Below are positions 50,908 through 63,915 of a DNA stretch of 64,000 nucleotides, piece by piece. How positions within the stretch are numbered: position 1 is the stretch's first letter; each line of letters begins with the position of its first letter. Made by a program: the position numbers and the translations under genes. Below the pieces are notes generated by a model. The model was not told the origin of the DNA and did no database searches. It saw only the letters and a program-made list of their open reading frames with translations. Source of the stretch: Octopus sinensis (Eukaryota); the NCBI RefSeq assembly GCF_006345805.1, contig NC_043019.1:26535360-26599359 (forward strand), in the 5' to 3' direction.

Positions 50908-51558
50908 TTTTTTATATTAATTGTTACACATATTTACAGATTATTATCGATAAATAATAACTCACATTTCTCTTGGAAATGTGTGTGTGTGTGTGTCTGC
51001 GTATGTTTGTGTTTGTGTTTGTCCTACCATCACTGCTTGACAACTTAGCGGTTCATCAAAAAGAGGCTGATGGAATAAGTAATAGGTTTAAAAAAAAAAA
51101 GCCCTGGAGTCGATTTGTTCGACTAAAATCCTTCAAAGTGTTGCTCCAGCACGGCTGCAGTCAAATGCCTGAAACAAGTAAAAGAATCTGGCGATTTAAC
51201 TGACGCCAACAAAACCACCAGCAGGGAAGTAAACTTCAAGCATCGTTTTGAAAGTAATTGAATAAAATTATCATTAACAGGAATTTAATCCCATCTACCA
51301 CTCACCAAAAGCGCTTCTGTAAAATCTTGCTTGTTGATATCCTGTCGCTTACATTAAAAATAGTTTTTGTGCTGTTTCGTTCTACAGTTCACTTAGCGAC
51401 ATGTCAAAGTTTATAAGTGTATCATCCACATGCTCATGTTGCTCATTAAATAATCCACTTTCTTGGGTTCTTCTTAGCTCATGTAGTGACGGAAGTTGCT
51501 AATTTTAACATCAAATTCCTGTTTCATAGGTTTGCAATGCATCTTCTCAGAAAGATAG

Positions 51559-52424
51559 GAGTCAGGCAGTAGTGGCTAATGGAGCCACCTCTATGAACAC
51601 ACAAATAGTGAGCGGTGTTCCACAGGGCACTGTCTTGGGACCACTGCTTTTTATAGTGGCCCTCTCAGATATGCCATCAAATGCCCGGATAGCCACCCTT
51701 GCAAGCTATGCAGATGATACGAAAGTCTCGCAGAAAATACAGAACCCCAGCGATGTTGCACACCTGCAGCAGGAGTTGGACTCAATTTACAGATGGGCTG
51801 AGGATAATAATATGCAGTTTAATGCTGAAAAATTCCAAGCCCTGCACTACCAGCATCCAAAACTGAATATGAAACTTACAGAGTACACCGGTAATCCAGA
51901 GAAGATTCAAAAAGAAGATCGTCTCTTTGCAACAGCTCAGCTACTGGGAAAGGTTGAAACTGTTAAGACTTTACTCCCCGGAGAGAAGACGGGAGAGGTA
52001 TGCAGTAATATATATCCGGAAGATCCTGGAAGGAATTGAGCCAAATTTTGGCATTGAAAGCTACACCAATACCAGAACGGGACGACACTGCATAGTGCCA
52101 AAGGTCCCAGCAATGCCATCACGCTTCAGGATCATTTACTACAACAGCCTGGGTTTCAAGGGCCCACAGCTTTTTAATATTCTCTCAAAGAGTCTGAGGA
52201 ACTTGCACAAAGTAGATGTAGGGGTTTTTAAATCAAAGCTGAACCTCTTCCTGTCGAGAGTCCCAGATGAACCTACCTCGCGTCAAGAGGTGCAAATGAA
52301 GGTAGCTATATCAAACTCCATGCTTCACCAAGTGCCACATATTAGAGGAGGCTCTTAGTAATAACAGTGTAGCAAAATGGCGGTGCATCAGCATGTCCAC
52401 AGCTCTGAGCTGAAACTAGAGAAT
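51559..52424 (+). mobile_element. 3' part of a CR1-group LINE (RT core and C-terminus, internal deletion) with 3' tail
   Basis: SGVPQGTVLGPLLF, YADDTK, RWAEDNNMQFNAEK, LSYWERLKLLRLYSPERRRERY. Tail GGCGGTGCATCAGCATGTCCACAGCTCTGAGCTGAAACTAG. Confidence 0.9.
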
Positions 52425-54074
52425 ATATATATATATATATATACACATACAATGGGCTTTTCCGTCTACCAAACCCACTCACATGGCTTTAGCCTGCCCA
52501 AGGCTATAGTAGAAGACACTTGCCCAAGGTACCACACAATAGGACTGAACCTGGAACCATGTGGTTGTAAAGCAAGCTCCTTACCACACACCCATACCGT
52601 GTGCAATCATATATAAACCTCGCCCACAAATGTAAAACGGACAGAAACCTCTCCCATTTTTCTTCTTAATCAGAACACATGTAAGATATGTGTTTAAAGG
52701 TCAAAACCTAGCAAGATAAAGCCACCTTTACAGTTAGATCAAGCTGTTATCTACACTTAAACGCACGCACCTTTCCTCTCTATCAAGAAGGGCCTCATCT
52801 GGATTTTTATCACCCAGTAGCTAACCCACCCAACCCCCACTGCCACTGAATACATAAAAAAGGAGAAGAGGTGTTGAAAAGTTTAAACTATCATGTGTAT
52901 ATGAATGCGTGTATGTATGTGTATGGTTGCAGATATGTATATGTGTTTGCACATATGTATATGTGTAAATTTTGTACATATGTATCGTGGCACTCCGTCT
53001 GTTACGACGACGAGGGTTCCATTTGATCCGATCAACGGAACAGCCTGCTCGTGAAATTAACGTGCAAGTGACTGAGCACTCCACAGACATGTGTACCCTT
53101 AACATAGTTTTCGGGTAGATTCAGTGTGACAAGGCTGGCCCCTTTTTGAAATACAGGTGCAACAGAAACAGGAAGAAAGAATAGGAGAAAGTTGTGGTTA
53201 AAAAGTAGGGTTCGCCACCACCCCCTGCCGGAGCCCGTGGAGCTTTAGGTGTTTTTGCTCAATCAACACTCACAACACCCGGTCTGAGAATCGAAACCAC
53301 AATCCTACGACCGCAAGTCCGCTCCCCTAACCACTGGGCCTTTGCGTTTCCACAGTACATATGTAAATTGTACAGATACATATTTGCGTATGCAAATATG
53401 TATGTATATGTATGTGTATGAATGTATTTATGTGTTTGTATGACTGTATATGTATGTGTGTATGTATGCGTATATGATTATATCTATGTATGCTTGTAGA
53501 TTGTATGTATGTGTGGGTATGTGTATGAGTATGTATGGTTACATGTGTACATTGTGTGTATGTAATTGTGTATGTATTCGTGTATGTGTATGTGTGATTC
53601 TATGTATGCCTATGTACGCATGTATGTATGTATTACGTTTGTATGATTGTGTGTATGTATATGTGTGTGGGTGATTGTATGTATGCATATGTATGTTCAA
53701 TGAAAATCACCTTCCTTACCTAGCTGACTCTTGCGTTGCCAATGACCCGACCTTGCAACAGGTTGTACTGGGTTACAGGTTGACAGTAGCACCAAGAGTG
53801 ACCCGACGTCTCTACTGTGCTGCACGCGCACGTCTGCACACACGTGCGCGCACACACATGCGTTTTCATTCATATATACATATGTATAGTCGCATGCATG
53901 TATGCATGCATACTAGTGTGCGCGTGCACATGTGCATTAGCGCACACGCGTATACAAACACAAAACAAGCGTTGAGGATTGGTAAGCATTAGGGGTTGGT
54001 TGGTAGCAGCGACCTTGGTGCAGAGTAGCAGCTGATGCTAAGATGGTATAACCGGGTTCTTGGCAGTCAGAGCC

Positions 54075-54610
54075 CTGAAATTTGCCAGAAGGGTATATCT
54101 CTGGTGACAGCAATAGGATAAATCGTATTTCTTGTTGAGGGATACTGCAGGTTATTAGAGGCTATGCAGCTTTTCGCAGAGGCGGAGCTGGCAGTTGGGG
54201 GCACCAGGTGAATATGATGGCGCTCTGTCGACAATAGTCCACTTGATGCTGGGTATTTCATCTTGGAAATCACGGAGTCTCCAGAGAAAACGAGACAGGG
54301 AAGTAGAGGTCTCTCTATCCCTGGATCTGAACGTGTGCATATGTTGGGAGTATCTTCCTTTGAAATTATTAGCTGTCATACCCGTATAATGCCGAGTAAT
54401 GCCATCGGATCGTGTAAGGGTGGCTCTGTATACTATGACTCTCGAGAGACAAGATCCTTCTAGAGGGCACATGGTGGGATTTCGGCGGTTGCAGACTGGG
54501 ATTGGGGGTGGTGTGGGTGCATTTTTATGTCTGTTGATGCGTACGATGTTGTCTAAGCAGGAGTAGCTCACGACACCGTGTGACCTTCGTCCACCAATCG
54601 CAGCCCACCT
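54075..54610 (-). mobile_element. Penelope-like GIY-YIG endonuclease remnant (second family)
   Basis: VSYSCLDNI..CN..CPLEGSCLSRVIVYRA..YTGMTANNFKGRYSQH..TSLSRFLW..IKWTIVDRA.SY..CQLRLCEK..SLNKKYDL. Confidence 0.82.
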
Positions 54611-54659
54611 CATGGTAATAACAATCAACTTCTGTCATTGAAATCCAAAATGGCTGACG

Positions 54660-54691
54660 ATTCAAATTCGTTGGTACCAACGAATTTGAAT
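54660..54691. repeat. 32-bp perfect palindrome
   Basis: ATTCAAATTCGTTGGT|ACCAACGAATTTGAAT. Confidence 0.95.
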
Positions 54692-55376
54692 GAAGATAAA
54701 GAAGATGCCTTGTACTGCAACCACTGCTTTTATGGCAAACATCACAACATAGAGATGCCATCGAAGGATAAATGTAAAATCCTGCCAGTCCTGTGGGATG
54801 AGCTTTTCTAGTAAAGATGACTACATACCAAAGCCAAGAAAAGTCACAGACTATCCATAATGCTAGATCGAGTTAGGAAATGAATTCTGCTTTGACACTG
54901 AAGATTCTTAAGTAGGTCCCAAAGGTCAGAGAGATATCAGGAGCCTCAACCATATCTGTGCAGTGTTTTAAATTACCCCAAGAAAGGTTTTTAAGATGGC
55001 TGCCTCCCAAAACTGTCATCAACACTCTTCTTCCTCTTTTCTTCATCCCCTTCTTCATCGTCACTGTCTTCCTCCTCTCTTTAGTTACCTATTTCTTTAT
55101 TACCCACAAGGGGCTAAACACAGAGGGGACAAACAAGGACAGACATAGGTATTAAGTCGATTACATCGACCCCAGTGCATAACTGGTACTTAATTTATTG
55201 ACCCCGAAAGGATGAAAGGCAAAGTCAACCTCGGCGGAATTTGAACTCACAACGTAACGCAGATGAAATACCACTAAGCATTTCACCCGGCGTGCTAACG
55301 TTTCTGCCAGCTCACCGCCTCTCTTTAGTTACCCTCACATCTAACCCAACAACTTTTTTTTTTATTCTACTTACAG

Positions 55377-55731
55377 AGGAGGAGGTGGTCGAAGATCTTG
55401 CGGCGTTATTCCCAGTAAAATACACCCTGGAACTTGATCCTGATATGGGCTCAGGCATTATGTATGGTAACATGGAGTTACTTATGCGATGTACCAACAG
55501 CAGTTCTAAGGTAGTGCTTAATAGTATTGGAATTTTTGTGATTAAAGAGACTGTGGTGATTTCAGAAATCAGTTCCAACCAAATTTTGAAATTTATGATC
55601 ACCGAGGAGGACCAAACGATAACTTTTCAACTTGTTAATTCTACTTTTCGAGCTGGTTTTAATTACACGATTTCATTGGATTATGATGCGAACATCAATA
55701 AGCAGTTTCAAGGAGTTTTCCAAACAGGACC
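55377..55731 (+). CDS. Internal exon: M1 aminopeptidase-like N-terminal beta domain
   Basis: Polypyrimidine tract + TTACAG| acceptor (phase 1, joins exon 1 as G+AG=Glu), donor CC|GTAAGT (phase 2). FPVKYTLELDPD..YGNMELLMRCTNSSSKVVLNS..ITFQL..FRAGFNYTISLDYDANINKQFQGVF follows the PxxYxLxLxP..G.....L....Y.L.I.Y...L.....GFY pattern of the family. Confidence 0.7.
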
Positions 55732-56680
55732 GTAAGTACTAAACAGTTTTCCAAATTCTTCTAAATTACATTGCTCATGCGATGTGCATGTTCCGTTCAT
55801 AATCAAATGAATTTGGTGGACAGAGACTGTGTGGAAGCACTTTACATGTACATATGTATATATATATATATCCCAACCACATGGTTCCAGGTTCAGTCCC
55901 ATTGCATGGCACCTTAGGCAAGTGTCTTCTACTATAGCCTTGGGCTGACCAAAGTGTTGTGAGAGGATTTGGTAGGTGGAAACAGAAAGAAGTCCATCAT
56001 ATATATATTTATAGATATATATATATATATATATACATATGTATGTGTATCTTTGTGTCTGTGTTTGTTCCCCATCATCACTTGACAATCAGTGCTGGTG
56101 TGTTTACGTACCTGTAACTTAGCTGTTCAGCAAACGACAACGAGAGAATAAATACTAGGTTAAAAAAAATAAGTCCTGGTGTTAATTCATTCAACTAAAA
56201 CCTTTCAAGGTGGTGCCTCAGCATGGCTGCTGTCAAATGGCTGAGAAAATTTTTAAAAAAGACTATGTGGTAAGAAGTTAGCTTCCCAACCACATGGTTC
56301 TGGGTTCAGTCCCACTGTGTGGCACCTTGGGCAAGTGTCTTCTACTATAGCCTCGAACCAACCAAAGCCTTGTGAGTGAATTTGGCAAGACATAAACTGA
56401 AACAAGCCTATCGTCTACATATATATGTACATATATTTATGTGTGTCTTTGTGTCTGTCTTCCCGCCATCATTTGACAACCGATGTTGGTGTGTTTATGA
56501 CCTCCGTAACTTAGTGGTTTGGCAAAAGAGACCAATAATATAAATACTAGGCTTACAAAGAATAAGTCCTGGTGTTGATTTGTTTGACTAAAGCTGGTGC
56601 TCGAAAATGGCCACAGTCAAATGACTGAAATGTGTAAAGGAGTAAAAGAGTATATATGCATACATACATACATGCATATG

Positions 56681-56721
<41 letters not shown>

Positions 56722-57287
56722 ATCATCCACTCGTAATGGAGGGAGATCATTGCTGACCTTCAGGAACATTGTGAGTGGGTGTTTTTATTTACACAGGAAT
56801 ATAGATGTCACTGTAACCTGACCCTGGACTCATCTTAAAAGTGCATCCTCTTAATCTAATCAGGATATATTTTCTAAAGTACAAAATTCACTTTTTTTTT
56901 TTTAGCTGTTTCTACTTGTATTCAGTTCTTTTGTGTGTGTGTTTATGTATGTGTGTGCATTTAAGTGTGTGTGTATACATGTGTAGGTTTGTAACACTCC
57001 CACCAACATAAGGACAAAAACTGAAACTATATTTAAAGAACAGATAGAAAAAAATAAATACAGTTTGAAAATTGATTAAACAAGAAACTGAATAATTTGT
57101 AAATACACAGACCGATAGAATAAGTACTGGGCTTACAAAGAATAAGTCCCGGGGTTGAGTTGCTCGATTAAAGGCGGTGCTCCAGCATGGCCACAGTCAA
57201 AATATTAAAATAAACAGAAAACAGAGGCAGAGGTGAGGGAGCAACAAACAAGGTGTATTAGTTTGACACTCAGGGAAAATGGAAATG

Positions 57288-57325
57288 TCTTTGATGTTTC
57301 GAGCTTCTGCTCTTCTTCAGGGAGG
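57288..57325 (-). ncRNA. Minimal hammerhead-like motif, GAGC/GCTC family, copy 3 (canonical core)
   Basis: rc: CCTCC CTGAAGA A GAGC-AGAA-GCTC GAAAC AT C AAAGA. Same helix II, different tetraloop; helix I degenerate. Confidence 0.45.
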
Positions 57326-57436
57326 AACTAGAAAAGAAGACAATGGAGAGAGGGAAGACAATGAAGAGAGAGAAATGAAAAATATGTCTGGATTAACAGT
57401 TTTGTGTGTGTGTGCGTGCATGTGTGTGAGTACATA

Positions 57437-57947
57437 TCTATATATATAAAACTGTAGTTGTGTGTGTCTGTCCCCTTCGATTTAGATTCCTAACTACTCC
57501 CACATTTTGCGGTGCAGTTTAACCAAATTCGGGTATCTTATAGTCGTGATTAATATCGAGCCCGTCTGAGTATTAGCGCGCGTCTACGATGAGTCTACGA
57601 TTTTAAAAATAATTTAACATCATTTTTTATTCCATTTTAATGCATAATTTTTCGTGTGTCGATGGCGGCGGAGTTGGCGTCCATGGTCACACCTGCACCT
57701 GTTTGCTTCTCCCCCTTCTTCCCTCCCTCATGAAGCTGTGGGAAAGGGAGTGTAAGGAAATCAACGTCGTAAAGCGTTGTCAAGGAGACCAGCGTTCTTT
57801 TAGAACAACGACTTCATGGCTTGAAGACACCAAAACAGAAATGGCTAAGAAAGCCCGAATTGGCATCTATAAGGGAAGTAACTCTCTAAAAATGCTTATA
57901 TAGTTATTTCCCTTACAAACCCAAGCAATGCCGAGCGATACTGCTAG
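57437..57947 (+). mobile_element. Non-autonomous Helitron, copy D, with ~220 bp of extra internal sequence
   Basis: A|TCTATATATATAAAACTG ... GCAATGCCGAGCGATACTGCTAG|T. ~57650-57870 is absent from copies B and C. Confidence 0.82.
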
Positions 57948-60266
57948 TATTCCATATAAGTATGTGTGTGTTCCCTTGTCTTAACGTCTTGTGACGGCTG
58001 CAAACGAGCATCGGGATCATAAAAGTGAGGATGCTGGTTTCCAGTCGCCCATGACAAACATGTCTAGCTATGGGGAAATATTATGTTGCTTGGAAACAGG
58101 TGAAGGTTGGTGACAGGAAGGTATCCAGCCTTAGAAAATCTGCCTCAACAAATTCCATCTGAACCATCGAAGCATAGAAAAGTGGGCATTAAAAGATGAT
58201 GATATATAATGTATGTATAATGATATGTACATTGATATATAAAGTTTCACATATTATACTAAACACTTCACAGAATATTGAATGTGTGTGTGTGTTTTTG
58301 TCCCATCACCACATGACAACTGTAACTTAGTGATTCAGCAAAAGAGACCATCAGAATAAGAACCAGTCTTTAAAAAAAACAAAACAACAACAATAGTACA
58401 GGGGTCAATTCATTTGACTAAAAATTCTTTAAGGCAGTGCTCCAGCATGGCCACAGTCTAATGACTGAAACCATTAAAACAGGAAAGACATTGAAAATTA
58501 AATGAAATAATCCTTTCTACTAAAAGATTAGGAAAAAACAAAAAAAAAAATCTATTTTAAAATAAAATAAATAGAAAGAGAAAATGAGTATAGACTGGTG
58601 CAAATTTATTTTCCAACTAACAGCAATACCAAACCCTTGAAATTCTTGAAACAATCTGCTGCCAGAACCTTTATGACATATATTTCAGTTAGGTTGTAAT
58701 GTCTTACAAGCATCTGTTGACTGATAATCTTACATAAAAACTTTATTTAGTGTCTCAGCAAACATTCTTAATGTGTCATTTCAGTATACGCAGTTCTAAT
58801 TGATACTAGATACTAGCATAGATAAGGGGCGCGGGATGACCTCAACTTCACGAATGATCCAGAACTAATCTGAGACATATTGATTAGTGGAATGGAATGT
58901 ACGTATGGTTGAATAGATATGGTGATAAGTACCTCCCTTTCATTTTTATTATTTATTTTGGGAATGGAATGAAAGGGAAAAACAAGTTCAATGTTGTTAT
59001 TTAGGCTTTCTGATTTTTATTTTCTCATCAAGGATAGCGTTTGTGAAAACATAGGTCTTGAACTTGCTTAAATAAATAACTTTTAACCAAGGAATGAGTC
59101 TAGAAATACGGATGGGGAAGGGCTTACAGCTGATTTAATTGAACTTGGTATACTAGACTGCTGTTAATTTTATCAGTGCCAAGATGATGGAAGGTAAACT
59201 CAAGGTAAACTGAGAACGTAAAGGAATTTAACAAAATATTTAGTTCAGAAAGCTACCATTTCTGTCATTCCAGCATGACCACCCTCACCTCTGAAATAAA
59301 TAAATAAATCCCTGTAAACTGATTCCAGTAACTGAGTTTCAGGTCAGTTCTTATCAAGCAGATGAATGATCAAAGACATTCTAGCCATGCCCATCACCTA
59401 TCATCAGGCACTTTATTTTGGACTACTTTATCCAATATATCCTTCCTGTTACTTTTCTAAAGATAGTAGGATGGGATTTGAGATTGAGCTACTATTTCTA
59501 GGAAGTCAGACAACGCTGTAGAAGCTCCTTTATATAGTTGTGAAGAAGTAAAATTAATCTGAACACAGAGCTTTGGGTGGAATGGTAAAAATTATAGACT
59601 GTACAATAGTTAGTTATGGCTCATTAGGTTTTACATTTAAATATATATTAGCCTCAATTCAGCCTATGATCAAAGACATTCCAGTTATGACCATACTGTT
59701 TATTCCAACAGTATATTTCGGAGTTCATTATCCAATGTCCTTTTTTATAAAATACAAGAAGGTACACAATTTGAAAGATTTGGATATTTCTAGCAGATTG
59801 CACAATCATTCAGAGGGTCCCCCAATGGCATATACGGATCTTATATAAATGTGTGTGTGTGTGTGTGTGTGCGTGTATGTATATGTGTGGGTGTGTGTGT
59901 GTCTATACATGTGTATATGTATGTGCATGTGTGTGTGTCTATACATGTGTATATGTATGTGCATGTGTTTATATATATGTACATATATACACACACACAC
60001 ATATACATACATGCATATACACACATGCATATACATGTGCCCACACATATACATACACACAATATTTTGGCTTTGTGTGTAACATGAAATCAGTCAAACA
60101 TTAAATTGAAAATTTGGTCTATATTTTTTAGTAAAGTAACAAATTATTTATATATATGTCATGTAGTATAAGAGAGAAACATAAGATCTATTTTAATAAA
60201 CCAGTGTCCATCAACCACTTAAGCTGCTTAACTTTACTTTCGTCTGTGAAACATTTGGTTCAAGAT

Positions 60267-60533
60267 TTAACTGAAAAATCTCTGTATCCTAACAACTACT
60301 TCTCGGCTGAGACCACAGTCAAGCAGATCTTGTTCTGTGGCCAGGATGAGTTTCTTCAGACTTCCAATTCCATCTTGAACAAGGTTAATTTCTTCAGGGC
60401 TCAGATCCAACATTTTTAGTGTTTCATGCATTAAGGTCACACTGGATTTGAAAGACGCTTGGATGCTTACAAGCCTTTCTTTGAGAACTTCACTAACAGG
60501 TTTACACATGACTTTTGCAATGTTTAACATTGC
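60267..60533 (-). CDS. SPO16: Terminal coding exon of a SPO16/C1orf146-like meiotic XPF-ERCC1-family protein, with an HhH-like tail
   Basis: Acceptor TTTTCTGTTCACAG|GCA (phase 0). AMLNIAKVMCKPVSEVLKERL resembles my recollection of human C1orf146 [21 protein letters not shown]. C-terminal GIGSLKKLILATEQDLLDCGLSREVVVRIQRFF* is HhH-like. Confidence 0.72.
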   Translation of the reverse strand, partial: AMLNIAKVMCKPVSEVLKERLVSIQASFKSSVTLMHETLKMLDLSPEEINLVQDGIGSLKKLILATEQDLLDCGLSREVVVRIQRFFS

Positions 60534-60639
60534 CTGTGAACAGAAAAGAAACAATATTTAAGAAACTATCATAGAAAATACTGATTCTATCAATGAGAAA
60601 GAAATATAAATTTATAGAGCAGAGCCAAAGTAGATTTCA

Positions 60640-60915
60640 TTAGTGCTGGTCTCATGTAAAATGCACCCAGAGCACTGTGTAGAGTGATTGGCAGTAGGAA
60701 GGGCATCAAACCATGCCAAAACAGACCTCACCAGTGCTGGTGTCATGTAAAGAGCACCCAGTCCACAGTGTAAAGTGGTTGGCAGTAGGAATTGCATTCA
60801 GTCATAAAAACCCATGCCAAAGCAGACCTCACTGGTGCTGGTGTCGCATAAAAAGCACCCAGTCCACTGTGTAGAGTGGTTGGCAGTAGGAAGGGCATTC
60901 AGCCATAAAAACCCA
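60640..60915 (+). repeat. About three tandem ~95-100 bp units resembling a SINE/LINE tail, in the SPO16-like intron
   Basis: GTGCTGGTGTC..AGCACCCAGTCCAC.GTGTA.AGTGGTTGGCAGTAGGAA recurs three times. Confidence 0.7.
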
Positions 60916-62090
60916 ATGTCCTCTCAACAATTAGCCAAAAATAATTTTTAAAATGAGAATATCAGAAATGAACTCAACTGCTCTCACAATCGAGAATACT
61001 GAAAATGAACCCAACCACTCTCAAAAATTAAATAAAGAAAAATAGGGAAAATAATCCAGAATCCTTGTCCAGAACTGGATTAATACCAAAATCTAATTAG
61101 TTCATGCTAGTTACGAGGCCAGGCATCACTGAAAGTTTCATCAGATATCTTGTCCATGGACAAACAAAGTAACAAACATGACTGAAAACAATAACTCCAC
61201 CTTCGCTAAGGCGGAGGTAATAATCCTTTCTACTAAAGGCACAAGGCCTGAAATATGGAGGAAAGGGTCTAGTTGATTACATCGACCCTAGTGTTTCACT
61301 AGTACTTAATTTATCGACCCTGAAAGGACCAAAGGCAAAGATGACCTCAGCGGAATTTGAACTCGGAACGTAAGGACAGATGAAATGCCACTAAGTATTT
61401 TGCCCGGCATGCTAACGGTTCTGCCAGCTCGCCACCTTCTTAGTAATAATAATAATAATACTTTCCACCATAGGCACAAAGCTTGAAATTTTGGGAGAAG
61501 GGGCAATAGATCGATACTAGGGTTATAATTATGGGTGACACTTTCATACGACACTGCTATGGAAAATGGGATTTTTTTCTAGCGGTGTCAAATGAAATAA
61601 TTATGGCCCTAGTCTCGATCTATTGCATTTCAATCTATTTTAGATTTAGGGTTAGAGTTAAGGTTAGTTAGGGTTAGGGGTTGGGGAAGGGTATCTTTTT
61701 TTCTTCACAAATGTAAATAAACCCAATCTGTTTCTTAAAGGAGGGACATATTCATTATGCACAGAATGTTATTTACCTAAATGGACGTTAGTGATTGGTT
61801 AAAATTGCCGAAATGCAAGAAATTTCAAACGAAATATCTTACAACCTATAGAATTTTTTCAATAAAGCCAAGAGAAAATGATGTTTTATAAACACATTCT
61901 ACCAGTATACGAAATTTAAAACTTTTTAGTTACCTAGAAATTATGTTACAAAGTGCCGTTCAAAAGGAAAAGATCCAAAAAACGTTTTATTCTAACACAT
62001 TCTACCAGTATACGAAGTTCAAAAGTGTTTAGTTAACTAGAAATTGTGTTGAAAACTGCCGTTCAAAAGGAAAAGATCCAAAAATTATTT

Positions 62091-62479
62091 ACTTTTACTC
62101 TTTTACTTGTTTCAGTCATTTGACTGCGGCCATGCTGGAGCACCGCCTTTAGTCGAGAAAATCGACCCTGGGACTTATTCTTTGTAAGCCCAGTACTTAT
62201 TCTATCGGTCTCTTTTGCCGAACCGCTAAGTGACAGGGACGTAAACACACCAGCATCGATTGTCAAGCGATGCTAGGGGGACAAACACAAACATACACAT
62301 ATATATACATATATACGACAGGCTTCTTTCAGTTTCCGTCTGCCAAATCCACTCACAAGGCATTGGTCGGCCCGGGGCTATAGCAGAAGACACTTGCCCA
62401 AGGTGCCATGTAGTGGGACTGAACCCGGAACCATCTGGTTGGTTAGCAAGCTACTTACCACACAGCCACTCCTGCGCCT
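62091..62479 (-). mobile_element. Family B SINE, full length
   Basis: Near-identical to 43062-43460. Confidence 0.85.
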
Positions 62480-63423
62480 ATGTAAAATTTTTTATTTATT
62501 TTGTTTTATTTACTTTGCTAGGGCGTCGTTGTAGGATCAACTAGTCACGACTAGCTTGCGCGAGTACGCGCACCGGGACCACTCTTCTTAAGTCGTACCA
62601 GTCTTTATCTTCCTATGCATGCATGTATACATGCAGGCAGACAGGTAGAAAGATGTTTGGCGGAACAACTGGGATAAATACGACAAAATGGACATATATA
62701 GTTATTTTTAATCAGCAGAAAATACGAAACTGACTCAAGTGAGAGTTTCATACATAGCAATCATAGTGACTTTCTGCCGATTAAAAGTGCGAGCGTGTAA
62801 TTGTGTGTAAATTAAGCAGAAAATGGAGATTTGATCCCTGATAAACTCATGTTTATCTTTGCCATTGCCTGTAACCTATGAGCATAATATGCTTGCATAT
62901 TTATGTCCAGGGTTAACACGGGTAATTATACTGGTAGTAAAACGGATATTTTTATCCCTCAGACAGTTATTCCAACCTCTGACTCTACTAACCTTTATGC
63001 AGACGATTTGATTTCGTTATTTTTCCTTCTCTTTGCCTGTGTGTTACAAATATTGTTATCTGTGGAGTAATATCTGTAGTAAAAAGGAATGAGCTGTCTT
63101 TGGCTGCTATTTCTAAATTTTCGATACGTGGTTTGCTTAATCCTAATTATATTTATAAATATAAAAAAACTTTTTGTAAAAGTTTCTACCGATAATGGTT
63201 CTCTTTCCATACCGGAACTACTTGGTAAAATTTGTTAATTTTAAATTAATAATTATTTACCCTTATATATATATATATATATATATATATCTTCCGCAGA
63301 GGTCGACTTCGCCTTTCATCCTTTCGAGGTCGATGAATTAAGTACCAGTTACGTACTGGAGTCGACCTAATCGACTGGCCCCCTCCCCCAAAATTTCGGG
63401 CCTTGTGCTTAGAGTAGAAAAGA

Positions 63424-63496
<73 letters not shown>

Positions 63497-63915
63497 ATGA
63501 TATCTGAAATAAGCAGATGTTCTTATGTTCTTCAAGAGCTTGGATTTTAACTCAGTCAGGCAGACGGATGGGTGGATGTGAGTAATATAACCTATATTTG
63601 ATTCTGAGTTCAAATCTCAACTCGATAGATTTCATTCCTCCCAAGGTCGTCGAAATATCAGAAACAGAACCAGAATCAATAAAATCGACGAAAACTCTTA
63701 AACGTGTTCTTCTAACATTAAAAGAACAACGAATTAATATCAAGTATATTTATCTAAAATGACTAAATTTCTTTTCTCTTTCGTGTTCGTTTTGCTTAGA
63801 TCCCAATAAATAACTGCTTGGAAAATAAACCTAGACTTATTTAATTTGGAATGAGTTTTGGTAATTTGTATGAGAGAAATTGATGCTGAGCAATAAATTT
63901 TAGTATCCGACTTAC

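Noticed and set aside
58785-58900. Third exon of the peptidase-like gene
   Set aside because: Weak polypyrimidine tract, and all three frames contain stops. The YTQF resemblance is in an incompatible phase. Kept only as a speculative terminal exon.
59573-59848. 91-aa hydrophobic ORF
   Set aside because: Non-ATG start, no recognisable motif and no splice support. Probably lies in the SPO16-like 3' UTR or intergenic DNA.
61660-61682. Telomeric (TTAGGG)n
   Set aside because: Only a few degenerate units, internal to a MITE whose other copies also contain CCCTAACCCTAA.
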